Of a stretch of 36,496 nt of DNA, positions 1-9,663 are shown one piece after another. The DNA is from Minisyncoccia bacterium. GTDB lineage: Bacteria; Patescibacteriota; Minisyncoccia; Phycocordibacterales; CSBR16-119. Made by a program: the position numbers and the translations under genes. The stretch is from assembly GCA_047619465.1 (NCBI GenBank), contig JBLHJW010000003.1, positions 1 through 36,496 of the forward strand, written 5' to 3'. Below the pieces are notes generated by a model that made no database searches, was not told where the DNA came from, and worked only from the letters and a program-made list of their open reading frames with translations. Within the stretch, counting starts at the first letter, position 1. Each line of letters starts with the position of its first letter.

Positions 1-495
1 TCTTCAGTTATTCCAGGGTTGACGCAACTATCTGTTGATCTGCCTGAAATCCAGGAAACTGACGCCAAAAAAGTCATAGAAGCGAAGATTAAAGAAGCCT
101 TTAAACACAAGAAAGGTAGTTTTATTGTGGAAGATACTTCATTATATTTTGATGCATTAAACGGTCTGCCTGGGCCTTTGATCAAATGGTTTATGGACAA
201 AATAGGAAATGACGGACTGTTCAATCTAGCCGATAAACTTGGAAACACCAAGGCAGAAGCAAAAACTATGATTGGTTATGCTGAGAACATAGAAGATATT
301 ATTTACTTTGAAGGCTCAATAAGTGGTTCGATCGTTCCCCCTACAGGAGACACAGATTTTGGCTGGGATCCTATTTTCCGGCCAGACGGCCTGCAAAAAA
401 ACTTTGCTGAGATTTCACTTGAAGAGAAAAATAGTATAAGCATGAGGAAAATTGCCTTCAGTAAGTTAAAGGATTTTCTAGAAAGTAGAAAATAA
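1..495 (+). CDS. rdgB: Non-canonical purine NTP pyrophosphatase (Ham1/RdgB), 5' end outside the window
   Basis: Ham1 motifs LPEIQ, VEDTSL, LNGLPGPLIKWF, FGWDPIF and EKNSISMR; the frame is open from base 1. Confidence 0.92.
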   Translation, partial: SSVIPGLTQLSVDLPEIQETDAKKVIEAKIKEAFKHKKGSFIVEDTSLYFDALNGLPGPLIKWFMDKIGNDGLFNLADKLGNTKAEAKTMIGYAENIEDIIYFEGSISGSIVPPTGDTDFGWDPIFRPDGLQKNFAEISLEEKNSISMRKIAFSKLKDFLESRK

Positions 496-497
496 TT

Positions 498-870
498 ATG
501 GAATATAAAACAAAAAAAGAACGAAGTGTTTTTACTTAGCTTTCTTATTTATTTTTCTGATTGGGATTTTTATTCTTAGTTCAACTGAAAAGGTTGAGTT
601 TTTTTTATAGACATGGGAGGTGATAAGGAATCAGCTTTCAGTGATATGGGTTTACAAACAAATACAGGCAAATCACTTATTGATCTTGACCTTGTCCTAA
701 CTGGAACATCTCAAAAGGATAATATTCCCGCGCTTACCAATCCATCTTTTGTTGCCCAAGAAGAGGTGAACTATTTAGAAAGTGACAATGCAGGAATCGT
801 AGTAGAGTCTACACAGGATAATAATATATTTAACCCTCACCAGAGTTACTTTTGGGGAAAAAATGAGTAG
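498..870 (+). pseudogene. Broken DUF3179-like membrane-anchored protein
   Basis: KDNIPALTNPSFV resembles the DUF3179 KDGIPAIDxPxF motif (from memory). ATG at 498 and a hydrophobic anchor (FYLAFLFIFLIGIFILSS) lie in other frames, joined across A7 (512-518) and T8 (599-606) runs. The product is far shorter than the family. Confidence 0.55.
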
Positions 871-922
871 TTGATTTTTTAGATAGGTTTGTTAATCTTT
901 GGAAAAGACAAAACTTCACAAG

Positions 923-1216
923 ATGGCAAACGTAAAAGTATCGAGACATTCAAGAACAGTAAAAGGCTACGATGGTTCTCTGGAGGATTTAGCAATAGAT
1001 GTAGGGAATATGACCTATGATCAAACAGCTAAGTTTATTGACCACTTATCAAAAGACTTACGTAGACAAGCAGAAGGTGATCGTGGTCGCGGAAGACCAA
1101 GACTTGCTCAGAAGCTGGATCAAACAGCAAATTATTTAGAATACAGTAAAAATAATATGGACCTTGCCTGGAATCTATGTGTACCGTATATGCACTCAGA
1201 CGATCTAAGTGATTAA
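923..1216 (+). CDS. Hypothetical helical protein, 97 aa (class-B unit)
   Basis: ATG at 923 preferred over TTG at 899. TTGATT(871)-16-TAATCT promoter, A-rich leader, terminator at 1220-1245. Confidence 0.8.
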   Translation: MANVKVSRHSRTVKGYDGSLEDLAIDVGNMTYDQTAKFIDHLSKDLRRQAEGDRGRGRPRLAQKLDQTANYLEYSKNNMDLAWNLCVPYMHSDDLSD

Positions 1217-1219
1217 AGT

Positions 1220-1245
1220 AAACGGAGATTTGGTTCTCCGTTTTT
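1220..1245 (+). terminator. Intrinsic terminator
   Basis: AAACGGAGA/TCTCCGTTT stem followed by a T run. Confidence 0.8.
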
Positions 1246-1278
1246 GTTTTTAAATCAAGAGGAGTATAATAGAGACAT

Positions 1279-1740
1279 ATGAACATAGATCAAAAATTAC
1301 ATTTGTTTGACGACAAGATTATTCAATGGATAAGAAAGATCGGTGTTCCTTTTGGAAGGTTCTCGCTTTTTCTTGTATATTTCTGGTTTGGTATTTTAAA
1401 GATTATTGGAACAAGCGCAGCTAATCCTCTAGTTGAATCATTGCTGGGAGTCACAACACCGTGGATTCCATTTGCAACATTTGCTGTAGTGTTTGGGGCT
1501 TTTGAGATGTTCGTCGGAATATTATTTCTTAGAAAAGGAGCCGAGAGACTGGCTATCTTCCTAATGGCACTTCACATGCTTATGACATTTCTTCCTCTAA
1601 TTCTTCTACCAGAGATAACCTGGCAAGCATTTCTAACTCCTACAGTTGAGGGGCAATATATAATCAAGAATCTTGTATTTATATCTCTCGGAATGGGACT
1701 TCTAGCTCACTTGCATCCTTTGAAGAAGCAAAGTAAATAA
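1279..1740 (+). CDS. DoxX-family membrane protein
   Basis: Four hydrophobic segments, R..L..VYFWFG.LK and EGQYIIKNLV motifs; TATAAT 8 nt before the ATG. Confidence 0.8.
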   Translation: MNIDQKLHLFDDKIIQWIRKIGVPFGRFSLFLVYFWFGILKIIGTSAANPLVESLLGVTTPWIPFATFAVVFGAFEMFVGILFLRKGAERLAIFLMALHMLMTFLPLILLPEITWQAFLTPTVEGQYIIKNLVFISLGMGLLAHLHPLKKQSK

Positions 1741-1789
1741 AAAAGCACACTCTAAGGTGTGACTTTAATTGGTTTCCGGTGCTCAGGAC

Positions 1790-2131
1790 TTATGGCCTAT
1801 TGATGTTGGACATTGGAATGCAGTCAATTTTTATAATCTTCATTTCCCAGTTTTTTATATCCGAGTATGATCCTGATACTTTGAATTTTCTTTGATTTTT
1901 GTAATCAAATATATTATCTCTTACTTTAATACCTTTTAATTCGTTTTTTTCAACCTCAATTTTGAAAGTAACTCGTGCAGTTTCTTTTACCACTGAGGTC
2001 CTACCTGTAACCCTTTTTGTAATGGATGGTTCTGCTGGGCCAGTTAGTTGAAAAGTGACATTACAAGAGCAGTCATCCTGAGACAAAGCAAGGGATGGAA
2101 AAAATAATAGTGAAATAAGTAGCTTTTTCAT
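1790..2131 (-). CDS. Secreted hypothetical protein (class-B unit)
   Basis: Signal peptide MKKLLISLLFFPSLALS|Q; TTGACA at 2185-2180; A-rich leader; hairpin at 1741-1766 shared with the convergent DoxX gene. Confidence 0.8.
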   Translation of the reverse strand: MKKLLISLLFFPSLALSQDDCSCNVTFQLTGPAEPSITKRVTGRTSVVKETARVTFKIEVEKNELKGIKVRDNIFDYKNQRKFKVSGSYSDIKNWEMKIIKIDCIPMSNINRP

Positions 2132-2230
2132 AAGTTTTGTTCAGTTGTTTTTTAATACTTAAACATAATGATTCTTTTTTGTCAAGCAAAGAAGCTTGCC
2201 ACCAAACAACCCTTAATATAGAATTATCAC

Positions 2231-2935
2231 ATGACAGGAACACTCTACATCGTTGGTACTCCAATAGGGAACCTGGGAGATATCACATATCGAGCAGTTG
2301 AGACTTTGAAAAAAGTCTCTATTGTTGCGTGTGAGGATACTAGAGTTACTAGAAAGTTACTTTCTCATTTTGAAATATCTGTTCCCACTATTTCGTATAA
2401 TGCTCATGCGACAGACAAAAATACAAACAAAATAATAGACACGCTTATTGCTGGCGATGACATCGCGCTAGTTTCAGATGCCGGAATGCCGACAATATCT
2501 GACCCCGGAGTAATGCTTGTTCATCTGATCTACAACAGGAATGACGGTCTAGAAGAAGATGAGCAAATAAAAATAGAGTCAATTCCTGGGCCAACAGCTT
2601 TATCATCGGCGATTTCGCTATCTGGTATATCCGCTGCAAAGTTCACTTTTCTTGGGTTTATCCCTCATAAAAAAGGGAGACAGACAATCCTTAAGAAAGT
2701 AGCTGAAAATGAAGACACACATGTATTCTATGAGTCACCTCACAGGCTTAAAAAGGCTCTAGAATCACTAGCTGAGTACAATCCGAACAGATATGTGGTT
2801 GTAGCTAAAGAGCTCACAAAGATCCATGAACAGGTTGTACGAGGAACTGCAGAGGAGGTATTGACGTACTTTACAGAGAACGAAGACAGGGTAAGAGGAG
2901 AGTTTGTGATACTAACTGGAGAGAAGCTAAAATAG
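2231..2935 (+). CDS. rsmI: 16S rRNA (cytidine1402-2'-O)-methyltransferase
   Basis: LYIVGTPIGNLGDIT, ACEDTR, LVSDAGMPTISDPG, YESPHR, ELTKIHE; TTGCCA-17-TAGAAT 6 nt before the ATG. Confidence 0.96.
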   Translation: MTGTLYIVGTPIGNLGDITYRAVETLKKVSIVACEDTRVTRKLLSHFEISVPTISYNAHATDKNTNKIIDTLIAGDDIALVSDAGMPTISDPGVMLVHLIYNRNDGLEEDEQIKIESIPGPTALSSAISLSGISAAKFTFLGFIPHKKGRQTILKKVAENEDTHVFYESPHRLKKALESLAEYNPNRYVVVAKELTKIHEQVVRGTAEEVLTYFTENEDRVRGEFVILTGEKLK

Positions 2936-2951
2936 ATGATATAATTTTCTA

Positions 2952-3266
2952 ATGACTAAACAACGACTTCTATTTCTTATCGGTATTTGGGTGGCCGTGC
3001 TACCATTCCTTGGTTTTCCTCAGAGTATTAGAAATGTATTTTTCTTGGTTACAGGCCTTGGGATAATTCTACTTTCTTATTTTATGTATATCCAAATAAA
3101 AGCCATCAATGAAATGGACGAAAAAGGAGGAGGGATATTTGCACAAGAAGAAAAGGAAGCGGACGATATTGTGGAGGACAAATCTACTAAAGAAGAAAAA
3201 AAATTAGAGTCTGAAAAAGAAATTACTAGTGACGTAGAGGTGTCGCTTGATGGAAAAGAAATATAA
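2952..3266 (+). CDS. Small membrane protein with two TM helices and an acidic tail
   Basis: Two hydrophobic segments, then a Glu/Asp/Lys-rich tail; TGA-TATAAT 6 nt before the ATG. Confidence 0.75.
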   Translation: MTKQRLLFLIGIWVAVLPFLGFPQSIRNVFFLVTGLGIILLSYFMYIQIKAINEMDEKGGGIFAQEEKEADDIVEDKSTKEEKKLESEKEITSDVEVSLDGKEI

Positions 3267-4374
3267 AAAAATATTTGTAGTATTTATTTCGGGAGCATCT
3301 TTGGCCATGCTTATTTATTTTGCTGGAGGACTTTTTTCTAAAGAAGAGTACGTTGGATTTGAATCTGTCGGTGCAACTGTTCTCACTTCTTTAAAAAATA
3401 TGGATGTAATCATACCTTCATATGTTGATCAGCCGGAAAATGTCAAAGCTATATATATGACATCTTGGGTTGCTGGAACTGATAAACTAAGGAGAGATCT
3501 TATTGACTTTGTTTCCAAGAGTAACATTAACAGTGTGGTTTTAGACATCAAAGATACTTCGGGCAAGGTTGCCTTTGATATTGATAATAAATACCTTAGA
3601 AAAATTGATCCATTTGATGATCGAATTAAGGAGATTTCCGTGGTTATTGATGAGCTTCATCACAAAAATATATATGTAATAGGTAGGATTTCAGTTTTTC
3701 AAGATGATTTTGCTACTGAGGCCTGGCCAAATAAAGTGATAAGAGAAATTGATGGTAATATTTGGTTGGATAAGAATGGAAACTCGTGGATGGATCCAGC
3801 TTCGGATGAAATCTGGGAATACAATACTATTTTAGCAAAAGAGGCTTTCGAGTTGGGTTTTGATGAGATAAATTTCGACTACGTTCGTTTTCCAGAAGAG
3901 TGGGGAATAGAGGAGGTCGTCTATCCAGTATCAAAAGAAAGGTTTCAGCAAAAAGATACCAAGGATACTATATTGGAAGACTTTCTTGTTTATACTTCGC
4001 AGGAAATAGATTCTAATAAAAATATATCTGTGAGTTTTGCAAAGGAAGACATGGATGGTTTAATGACTATTGCAGGAAAATATATAGATACTCTTTCTCC
4101 TGTAGTTTATCCTTCATCATTTGAAAAAGGCTATCTCGGCTACGATAATCCAAGCCTATATCCATATGAGGTGATTTATGAGACAATGCAAGCAGTTACT
4201 GAAAAAGTCGACAAGGAAAAATTGAGACCTTGGTTGCAAGACTTTAATTTAGGCTCAAGATATACCGAAGTGGAGATTATGGATCAGCAAAGTGCTTTGA
4301 ACGATGTTGGTGTTAGTAGTTGGATGATGTGGGATCCATCAAACAGATATACAAAAAATGCTTATTTTAAATAA
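3247..4374 (+). CDS. Putative glycoside hydrolase (DUF4015-like TIM barrel), membrane anchored
   Basis: VKAIYMT, NSVVLDIKD, IYVIGRISVFQD, GFDEINFDYVRFP, LRPWLQDF and WMMWDPSNRY motifs. Confidence 0.8.
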   Translation: MMEKKYKKIFVVFISGASLAMLIYFAGGLFSKEEYVGFESVGATVLTSLKNMDVIIPSYVDQPENVKAIYMTSWVAGTDKLRRDLIDFVSKSNINSVVLDIKDTSGKVAFDIDNKYLRKIDPFDDRIKEISVVIDELHHKNIYVIGRISVFQDDFATEAWPNKVIREIDGNIWLDKNGNSWMDPASDEIWEYNTILAKEAFELGFDEINFDYVRFPEEWGIEEVVYPVSKERFQQKDTKDTILEDFLVYTSQEIDSNKNISVSFAKEDMDGLMTIAGKYIDTLSPVVYPSSFEKGYLGYDNPSLYPYEVIYETMQAVTEKVDKEKLRPWLQDFNLGSRYTEVEIMDQQSALNDVGVSSWMMWDPSNRYTKNAYFK

Positions 4375-5590
4375 AAAAAATGTTCTAGGTGTTTCGTCGC
4401 TACTACTGATTGCTGGTATTTTTGTTGGCGGTTTCTTTCTAGGGAAGGGCGCTATAGACTCATCTAGCTCAGTAGCCCTTGCAAACAAAGCCTTACCTGA
4501 TTATGTTTTGGAGGAAGATTTTGATGAATCTGATTTCAAAGTTTTTTGGGATGTTTGGAAGCTAATTGATGACAAATATCCAAATGGTACTGAAGTTGAA
4601 TTTCAAGATAGGGTTTATTCAGCAACAAAAGGTCTTGTAGATTCTCTAGATGACAACTATAGCTCCTTTTTTGATCCAGTAGAATCAGAATACTTTAATC
4701 AAAATTTAGCAGGAGAATTTGGTGGAGTTGGTATGGAAGTTGGAATAAGGGAGGGTAACATAACTGTTATTTCACCATTGAAAGATAGTCCAGCCCAAAA
4801 AGCTGGGATACTAGCAGGCGACTACATTATTGCTGTGGATGGCGATTCCATAGCAGAGATGACAATTGATGAAGCTGTAAAAATAATTCGAGGAGAGGTT
4901 GGTACAGAGATAACTCTTACAATTTTTCGTGAAGGTGATGAAGGTACAAAAGACATAAAGATAATTAGAGACATAATAGAAGTGCCAACAATAGAAACAG
5001 AGATTAAAGATGGTGTGTTTATAATTTCTTTGTTTAGTTTTTCTGAAACTTCACCAAAGCTTTTCCGTGAGTCTCTACAGGATTTTATTGACTCTAAAGC
5101 TGAATATCTAATCCTTGATCTGCGAGGTAATCCAGGAGGGTTCTTGAATGCTGCACAAGATATGGCAAGCTGGTTTCTTCCAGAAGGCAAAGTTGTTGTC
5201 ATAGAAAAATACGCAGATGGGGAAGACGTGATTCATCGATCAAAAGGATATGATGTTTTTAATGATAATTTAAAGCTTGTCGTTCTCGTAAACGGTGGCT
5301 CAGCATCAGCCTCAGAAATTCTAGCTGGAGCCCTACAGGACCATGATATTGCGACTGTTGTGGGGTCTCAGACCTTTGGTAAGGGGTCAGTTCAAGAGCT
5401 GATACCAGTTAGAGGTGGTGGAAGTCTTAAAATTACAGTTGCTAAGTGGCTTACACCAGATGGATTATCAATTTCAGACTCTGGCCTAACACCAGATGTT
5501 GAAGTTGAAGTTACAAAAGAAGACATAGAGGCAGATTTAGATCCTCAGTTAGCCAAAGCAATAGAGACTGTAAAAGATTTAGAAAAATAA
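4358..5590 (+). CDS. ctpA: S41 C-terminal processing peptidase with PDZ domain
   Basis: FGGVGMEV (PDZ), LILDLRGNPGG, SASASEI, TFGKGSVQ. Confidence 0.93.
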   Translation: MLILNKKNVLGVSSLLLIAGIFVGGFFLGKGAIDSSSSVALANKALPDYVLEEDFDESDFKVFWDVWKLIDDKYPNGTEVEFQDRVYSATKGLVDSLDDNYSSFFDPVESEYFNQNLAGEFGGVGMEVGIREGNITVISPLKDSPAQKAGILAGDYIIAVDGDSIAEMTIDEAVKIIRGEVGTEITLTIFREGDEGTKDIKIIRDIIEVPTIETEIKDGVFIISLFSFSETSPKLFRESLQDFIDSKAEYLILDLRGNPGGFLNAAQDMASWFLPEGKVVVIEKYADGEDVIHRSKGYDVFNDNLKLVVLVNGGSASASEILAGALQDHDIATVVGSQTFGKGSVQELIPVRGGGSLKITVAKWLTPDGLSISDSGLTPDVEVEVTKEDIEADLDPQLAKAIETVKDLEK

Positions 5591-5602
5591 TAATACACTC
5601 AT

Positions 5603-6049
5603 ATGAAAATTATCCTACTGCAAGATGTAAAGAAGATTGGAAAGAAAAATGATGTAAAAGATGTTCCAGATGGGTACGCAAGAAACTTTCTTATAGCTCG
5701 CGGATTTGCGAAGACAGCCACTGGAGAAGCCGTTTCAAAGCTCAACAAAGACCTGGGAAACAAAGCTTCGGAAAAAGCAATTCAGAATGATCTCTTATTT
5801 AAGAACGTCGAAGAACTTAAAGGAAAAAATTTGGAAATTGAAGCTAATGCAAATGATAAAGGAGGCTTGTTTAAATCTGTAAAAGCAAAAGATGTAGCTG
5901 TAGAGATTCAAAAACAATTTGGCTTTCAAATAGATGACAAGTTTATATCCATTCCTGAAGATCAGATAAAAGAAGTAGGGAAGAGTGAGATCAAGATTTC
6001 ATTTGAAGGTGTCAAAGAAACAATTTTAGTTTCTGTTGTAAAAAAATAA
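5603..6049 (+). CDS. rplI: 50S ribosomal protein L9
   Basis: [27 protein letters not shown]. Confidence 0.96.
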   Translation: MKIILLQDVKKIGKKNDVKDVPDGYARNFLIARGFAKTATGEAVSKLNKDLGNKASEKAIQNDLLFKNVEELKGKNLEIEANANDKGGLFKSVKAKDVAVEIQKQFGFQIDDKFISIPEDQIKEVGKSEIKISFEGVKETILVSVVKK

Positions 6050-6075
6050 CCACTCATATGAGTGGTTATTTTTTT
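6041..6075. terminator. Bidirectional terminator between rplI and rpmA
   Basis: AAAAAATAACCACTCAT/ATGAGTGGTTATTTTTT perfect inverted repeat. Confidence 0.88.
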
Positions 6076-6088
6076 ATATTTAAAGAGA

Positions 6089-6367
6089 TTATGCAGTTAT
6101 AACGTCTACTAGCTTTCTTGAAGTTTTAGCTCCTGTAAAAGTAGTTTTTCTCTTGTTTGAGTACTTTACAGTACCGTCTGTAAGAGCAAATAGAGTATGG
6201 TCTTTTCCAACTGCAACATTTGCCCCAGGAACAAACTTTGTTCCTCTTTGACGCACTATAATAGAACCATGTTTAGCTTTCTGACCATCAGCAAGCTTTA
6301 TACCAAGGTATTGTGCATTTGAATCTCTAAGGTTTTTTGCCGAACCACCGGCTTTCCTATGTGCCAT
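6089..6367 (-). CDS. rpmA: 50S ribosomal protein L27
   Basis: [34 protein letters not shown]; TTGCAT-17-TATACT promoter with a U-rich leader. Confidence 0.97.
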   Translation of the reverse strand: MAHRKAGGSAKNLRDSNAQYLGIKLADGQKAKHGSIIVRQRGTKFVPGANVAVGKDHTLFALTDGTVKYSNKRKTTFTGAKTSRKLVDVITA

Positions 6368-6497
6368 ACGATTAAATAATATAAATAATAACAGAAAAAA
6401 GTATACCTATATTCTCCAAAAAATGCAATACCTTTAATTTGTAATATGTTGACACAGTCCAAGCTCTATAGTAATTTGGAATAAAACAATAACAATC

Positions 6498-6842
6498 ATG
6501 AAAAAGAAAGTTTTTTGCATATTAAAGAAAAATCCTACTGTTTACACCTTGATGGAGCCAGATCTTCAGAAGAGAGGCTATGTGAAAAGTAGTACCTCCC
6601 CAACATGGGTGACAGCAAAAGAATGGATTCCTTTTGGTTTTAAAGAAGAGAAATCTGTAACTGGAAGTCATGTTATCGTTTTCAAGAATATGGTTAAAGA
6701 GATATCAGATATTCTAGATAAGCTAAATGGCCAAAGTCACCAGACTTTTGCAATACTCCTAAGGGGTGAGGAGGTCCAAAGCAAGGATGAATTTCCTGAG
6801 TATCAGTTCTTTGAGTACCAGGTATTGGTTTACAAGCCTTAA
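6498..6842 (+). CDS. Hypothetical protein (class-B unit)
   Basis: TTGACA(6449)-17-TAATTT, leader GGAATAAAACAATAACAATC, terminator at 6851-6879. Confidence 0.8.
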   Translation: MKKKVFCILKKNPTVYTLMEPDLQKRGYVKSSTSPTWVTAKEWIPFGFKEEKSVTGSHVIVFKNMVKEISDILDKLNGQSHQTFAILLRGEEVQSKDEFPEYQFFEYQVLVYKP

Positions 6843-6987
6843 TATTATTCAAAAAAGCCGCATGTTTTGTGGCTTTTTTATATTTTCAAATGAGGAGCAA
6901 TCGGGAGCTCGATCATGTATTGCCCGAATGAAGGAAGTATATGAGCCGAGAGACTCACCGAGTGCCCATATTTGGTATACTTATCAT

Positions 6988-7311
6988 ATGAAAAATATTC
7001 AAGCTAAGAAGAAAAATCTTTTATTTATTGTAGCTTTGGTGATACTTACATCGCTTATTTCTTTCTTCTTGGGGCGGCTATCTGTTTTGGAAATAGACAG
7101 CGGGGGAGTTGAGATTTACTATCCGGATATAGTAGCTGAACTTGCAGGAGATGATTCGCAGCAGAAAGTATACGCCTCCAAGAACGGATCAAAATACTAT
7201 TTTGATTGGTGCAGTAGTCAGGTTAAGGATTCGAATAAAGTTTATTTTAATTCAACAGAACTAGCTCAGGGAGCTGGGTACACTTTGGCTTCTGGTTGCA
7301 GGGAATACTAA
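6988..7311 (+). CDS. Membrane-anchored protein with a C-terminal Ada metal-binding-like domain
   Basis: Start moved to MKNIQ at 6988 (TGG-TATACT 6 nt upstream); one TM helix; YASKNGSKYY..C...N.VYF....AQ.AGY....C pattern. Confidence 0.75.
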   Translation: MKNIQAKKKNLLFIVALVILTSLISFFLGRLSVLEIDSGGVEIYYPDIVAELAGDDSQQKVYASKNGSKYYFDWCSSQVKDSNKVYFNSTELAQGAGYTLASGCREY

Positions 7312-7380
7312 ATTCTTTTTATAAAAAGAGGGGGGTGTGAAGATGTTTTTATTAGATACGATATATCAAATAACATAGTA

Positions 7381-7408
7381 GTGTCTCACAATATATCTTG
7401 CGCGACAT
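7381..7408. other. dif-like Xer recombination site (11-6-11)
   Basis: GTGTCTCACAA-TATATC-TTGCGCGACAT imperfect palindrome in a 700-bp gap between convergent genes. Confidence 0.55.
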
Positions 7409-8011
7409 ACTTTGATTTATAATGGAAGAAGTACTCTTGTAGTGCGACATTACACAGTAAACAAAGGGTTTATCTACGCTTATATTGACTTAGCGTGCAC
7501 CCACAACAAAGACTGTAAACATTGACTATTTAGAGGCTCAAAACGGCGCTCTAAGGGATTTATTTAATACCGAGGACTCTTGTATCATCTGCATATCCAG
7601 TTTAACCCTTGCTTTATAAGACTCATATAGAAAAACTAATTTTGGCTAAGGTTTATAGTTATTTATTATAAATTTATGTAATTCTATTTGATAATTTTTT
7701 TATGAAAAAGCACCTGGTTGAAAACTATCTTTTTTGTTGATTCAGTTAGCGTCATCAGTCTAATGATATAAAGTAGTCTCAAGTTAGGGATAATAAAACA
7801 GAACCCCTCTTCCCTTGCTCTTGTGATATAAGTCTTTATAGTCCCACAACGTGGCGTACTTCTTTTTCTGTAACTCACTTCGTTCTAACAGAAAAAAGTC
7901 GCACAATATATTACGCCTAGAGTAAAATAAAAAACGCGAACGTTTTTAATTTCGCGTCTCTCCTTTTGTAAATGTTTTTTGTATATTCAAAGACAATTAA
8001 GTGAAAATAAT

Positions 8012-8323
8012 CTAACTTGATGGATAGGGGCTCAGCTGGTTTCCCATTTGCTGCAGTGAGTTACCTTCACCGGCTTTTATACTCTGTAGATTTGCAATAA
8101 AAGAGTTCCATAGCAGGTCTATAAAAATATTATTCCAGAAATAAGTAAGAGGGTTTTGTAAATACTCTTCCCAAACATACGTAACACCACCCCAGACATA
8201 TCCTAGGTTCGATTGAGTTTGAGGAGCCTTAATAAATGATTCAATATCAAAAGAGAAAAAAGACAAAACAAGTATTCCAAGAATTACAAGTAAAATTGTT
8301 CTGATTCGCATAAAGCCTTTCAT
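8012..8323 (-). CDS. Hypothetical membrane protein
   Basis: Start moved to MKGF at 8323 (TGC-TACAAT 6 nt upstream); N-terminal TM helix; Trp-rich helix. Confidence 0.75.
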   Translation of the reverse strand: MKGFMRIRTILLVILGILVLSFFSFDIESFIKAPQTQSNLGYVWGGVTYVWEEYLQNPLTYFWNNIFIDLLWNSFIANLQSIKAGEGNSLQQMGNQLSPYPSS

Positions 8324-8327
8324 ACAA

Positions 8328-9662
8328 TTATTGTAGCATGTTAATTGCGTAATCAATTCGTTCTATGGAAGTTTTTTTTCCTATAACCTCAGCAATGCTA
8401 AATGGGTCTGGAGATCTATCTCTTCCTGAAAGGGAGAATCGCAATGGCCACAGGACCTGGCCACGGCCATTTTCTGTAGCATAATCCCAAACAGAATTTT
8501 TTATATCTTCTGAATTAAAAGACTCCATACTTGAAAAGGATTCTTTGATATGTTTTAAATGTTTTAGAGTTGTTTCCTTGTCTGACTTTTTCATGATTAG
8601 TTTATCAAACTCATATTTGGGTTGACCATAAAGATAAACAAAGTTTCCTTCTTTTTCCTGTGTTCGAAGTTCTCCAAAGTTGTCAATTCTCTCTGTGAGC
8701 ATTTTGACAGCTGTAGTATTGTCTCTTACCTTTTCAAACAAATCAGAAGACACAAATTCTGAAACCTTTATCAATAAAGCATCATCAGATAGATTCTTTA
8801 TGTATTGTTTGTTCGTCCAGTCTAGTTTTTCGCTATTAAACGCGGCTCCGCCTTTTTGAACCCTTTCGAGTGAAAACTCTTTAACAAATTCTAATAAAGG
8901 GATTATTTCTCTGTCGTCTCCTGGGTTCCATCCAATAAAAGATAGAAAGTTCAGCAGTGCATCTTTTAAATATCCAGCATCTCTATACTCCAGAACAGAT
9001 TTAACTCCTGGGTCTCTTTTTGAAAGCTTACCTCCTGTTGGACTCATGATCAATGGAATGTGCGCGTAAATTGGTCTTTCATATCCAAGGGCTTCAAGTA
9101 TCACCAACTGCCGGGCTGTACTATTTAGATGTTCTTGGCCTCTTATTACATGAGTGATACCCATATCTCCATCATCAACAACCACAACGAAGTGGTAAAC
9201 AGGAGAGCTGATATCTCTAGCAATCACAAAGTCTCCAAGCTCCTCAATATCAAAGGTCACCTCCCCTACTATCTCATCTTGGAAACTAACTTTTGTATTT
9301 GGATTTTTAAACCTAATAACTTTTCCAGATTTTTCCTTATTTTCTTCTGCTTCATAGGCAAAACCACTGTCAATGAGCTGTTGGAGTTTATTCTTATAAA
9401 CCTCTCCCCTGTCGGACTGTCTATAGAATTCGTCATGTTTAAGGCCGAGCCATGAAAATGATTCGAGAATACCATCCTCGTGTTCCTTTTTAGATCTTTC
9501 CTTATCTGTATCTTCTATTCTAAGTACAAACTTACCTCCATTCTGTTTAGCAAAAGCATAATTAAACAAAGCTGTTCGAACACCTCCAATATGAAGAACT
9601 CCTGTTGGAGATGGGGCAAATCTGGTCACTACCTTTTTATCTTTCTTAAGAAAATTAAACAT
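8328..9662 (-). CDS. gltX: Glutamate--tRNA ligase
   Basis: VTRFAPSPTG.LHIGG, LRIEDTD, THVIRG and KLSKR; likely start MFNF at 9662. Confidence 0.96.
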   Translation of the reverse strand: MFNFLKKDKKVVTRFAPSPTGVLHIGGVRTALFNYAFAKQNGGKFVLRIEDTDKERSKKEHEDGILESFSWLGLKHDEFYRQSDRGEVYKNKLQQLIDSGFAYEAEENKEKSGKVIRFKNPNTKVSFQDEIVGEVTFDIEELGDFVIARDISSPVYHFVVVVDDGDMGITHVIRGQEHLNSTARQLVILEALGYERPIYAHIPLIMSPTGGKLSKRDPGVKSVLEYRDAGYLKDALLNFLSFIGWNPGDDREIIPLLEFVKEFSLERVQKGGAAFNSEKLDWTNKQYIKNLSDDALLIKVSEFVSSDLFEKVRDNTTAVKMLTERIDNFGELRTQEKEGNFVYLYGQPKYEFDKLIMKKSDKETTLKHLKHIKESFSSMESFNSEDIKNSVWDYATENGRGQVLWPLRFSLSGRDRSPDPFSIAEVIGKKTSIERIDYAINMLQ

Positions 9663-9663
9663 T

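Noticed and set aside
6766-6987. N-terminal extension of ORF 6766..7311
   Set aside because: It overlaps the upstream gene and crosses its terminator; a leaderless promoter points to ATG 6988.
7684-7878. 64-aa ORF in the dif-like gap
   Set aside because: No promoter of either class, no terminator and no recognisable motif; at most a remnant.
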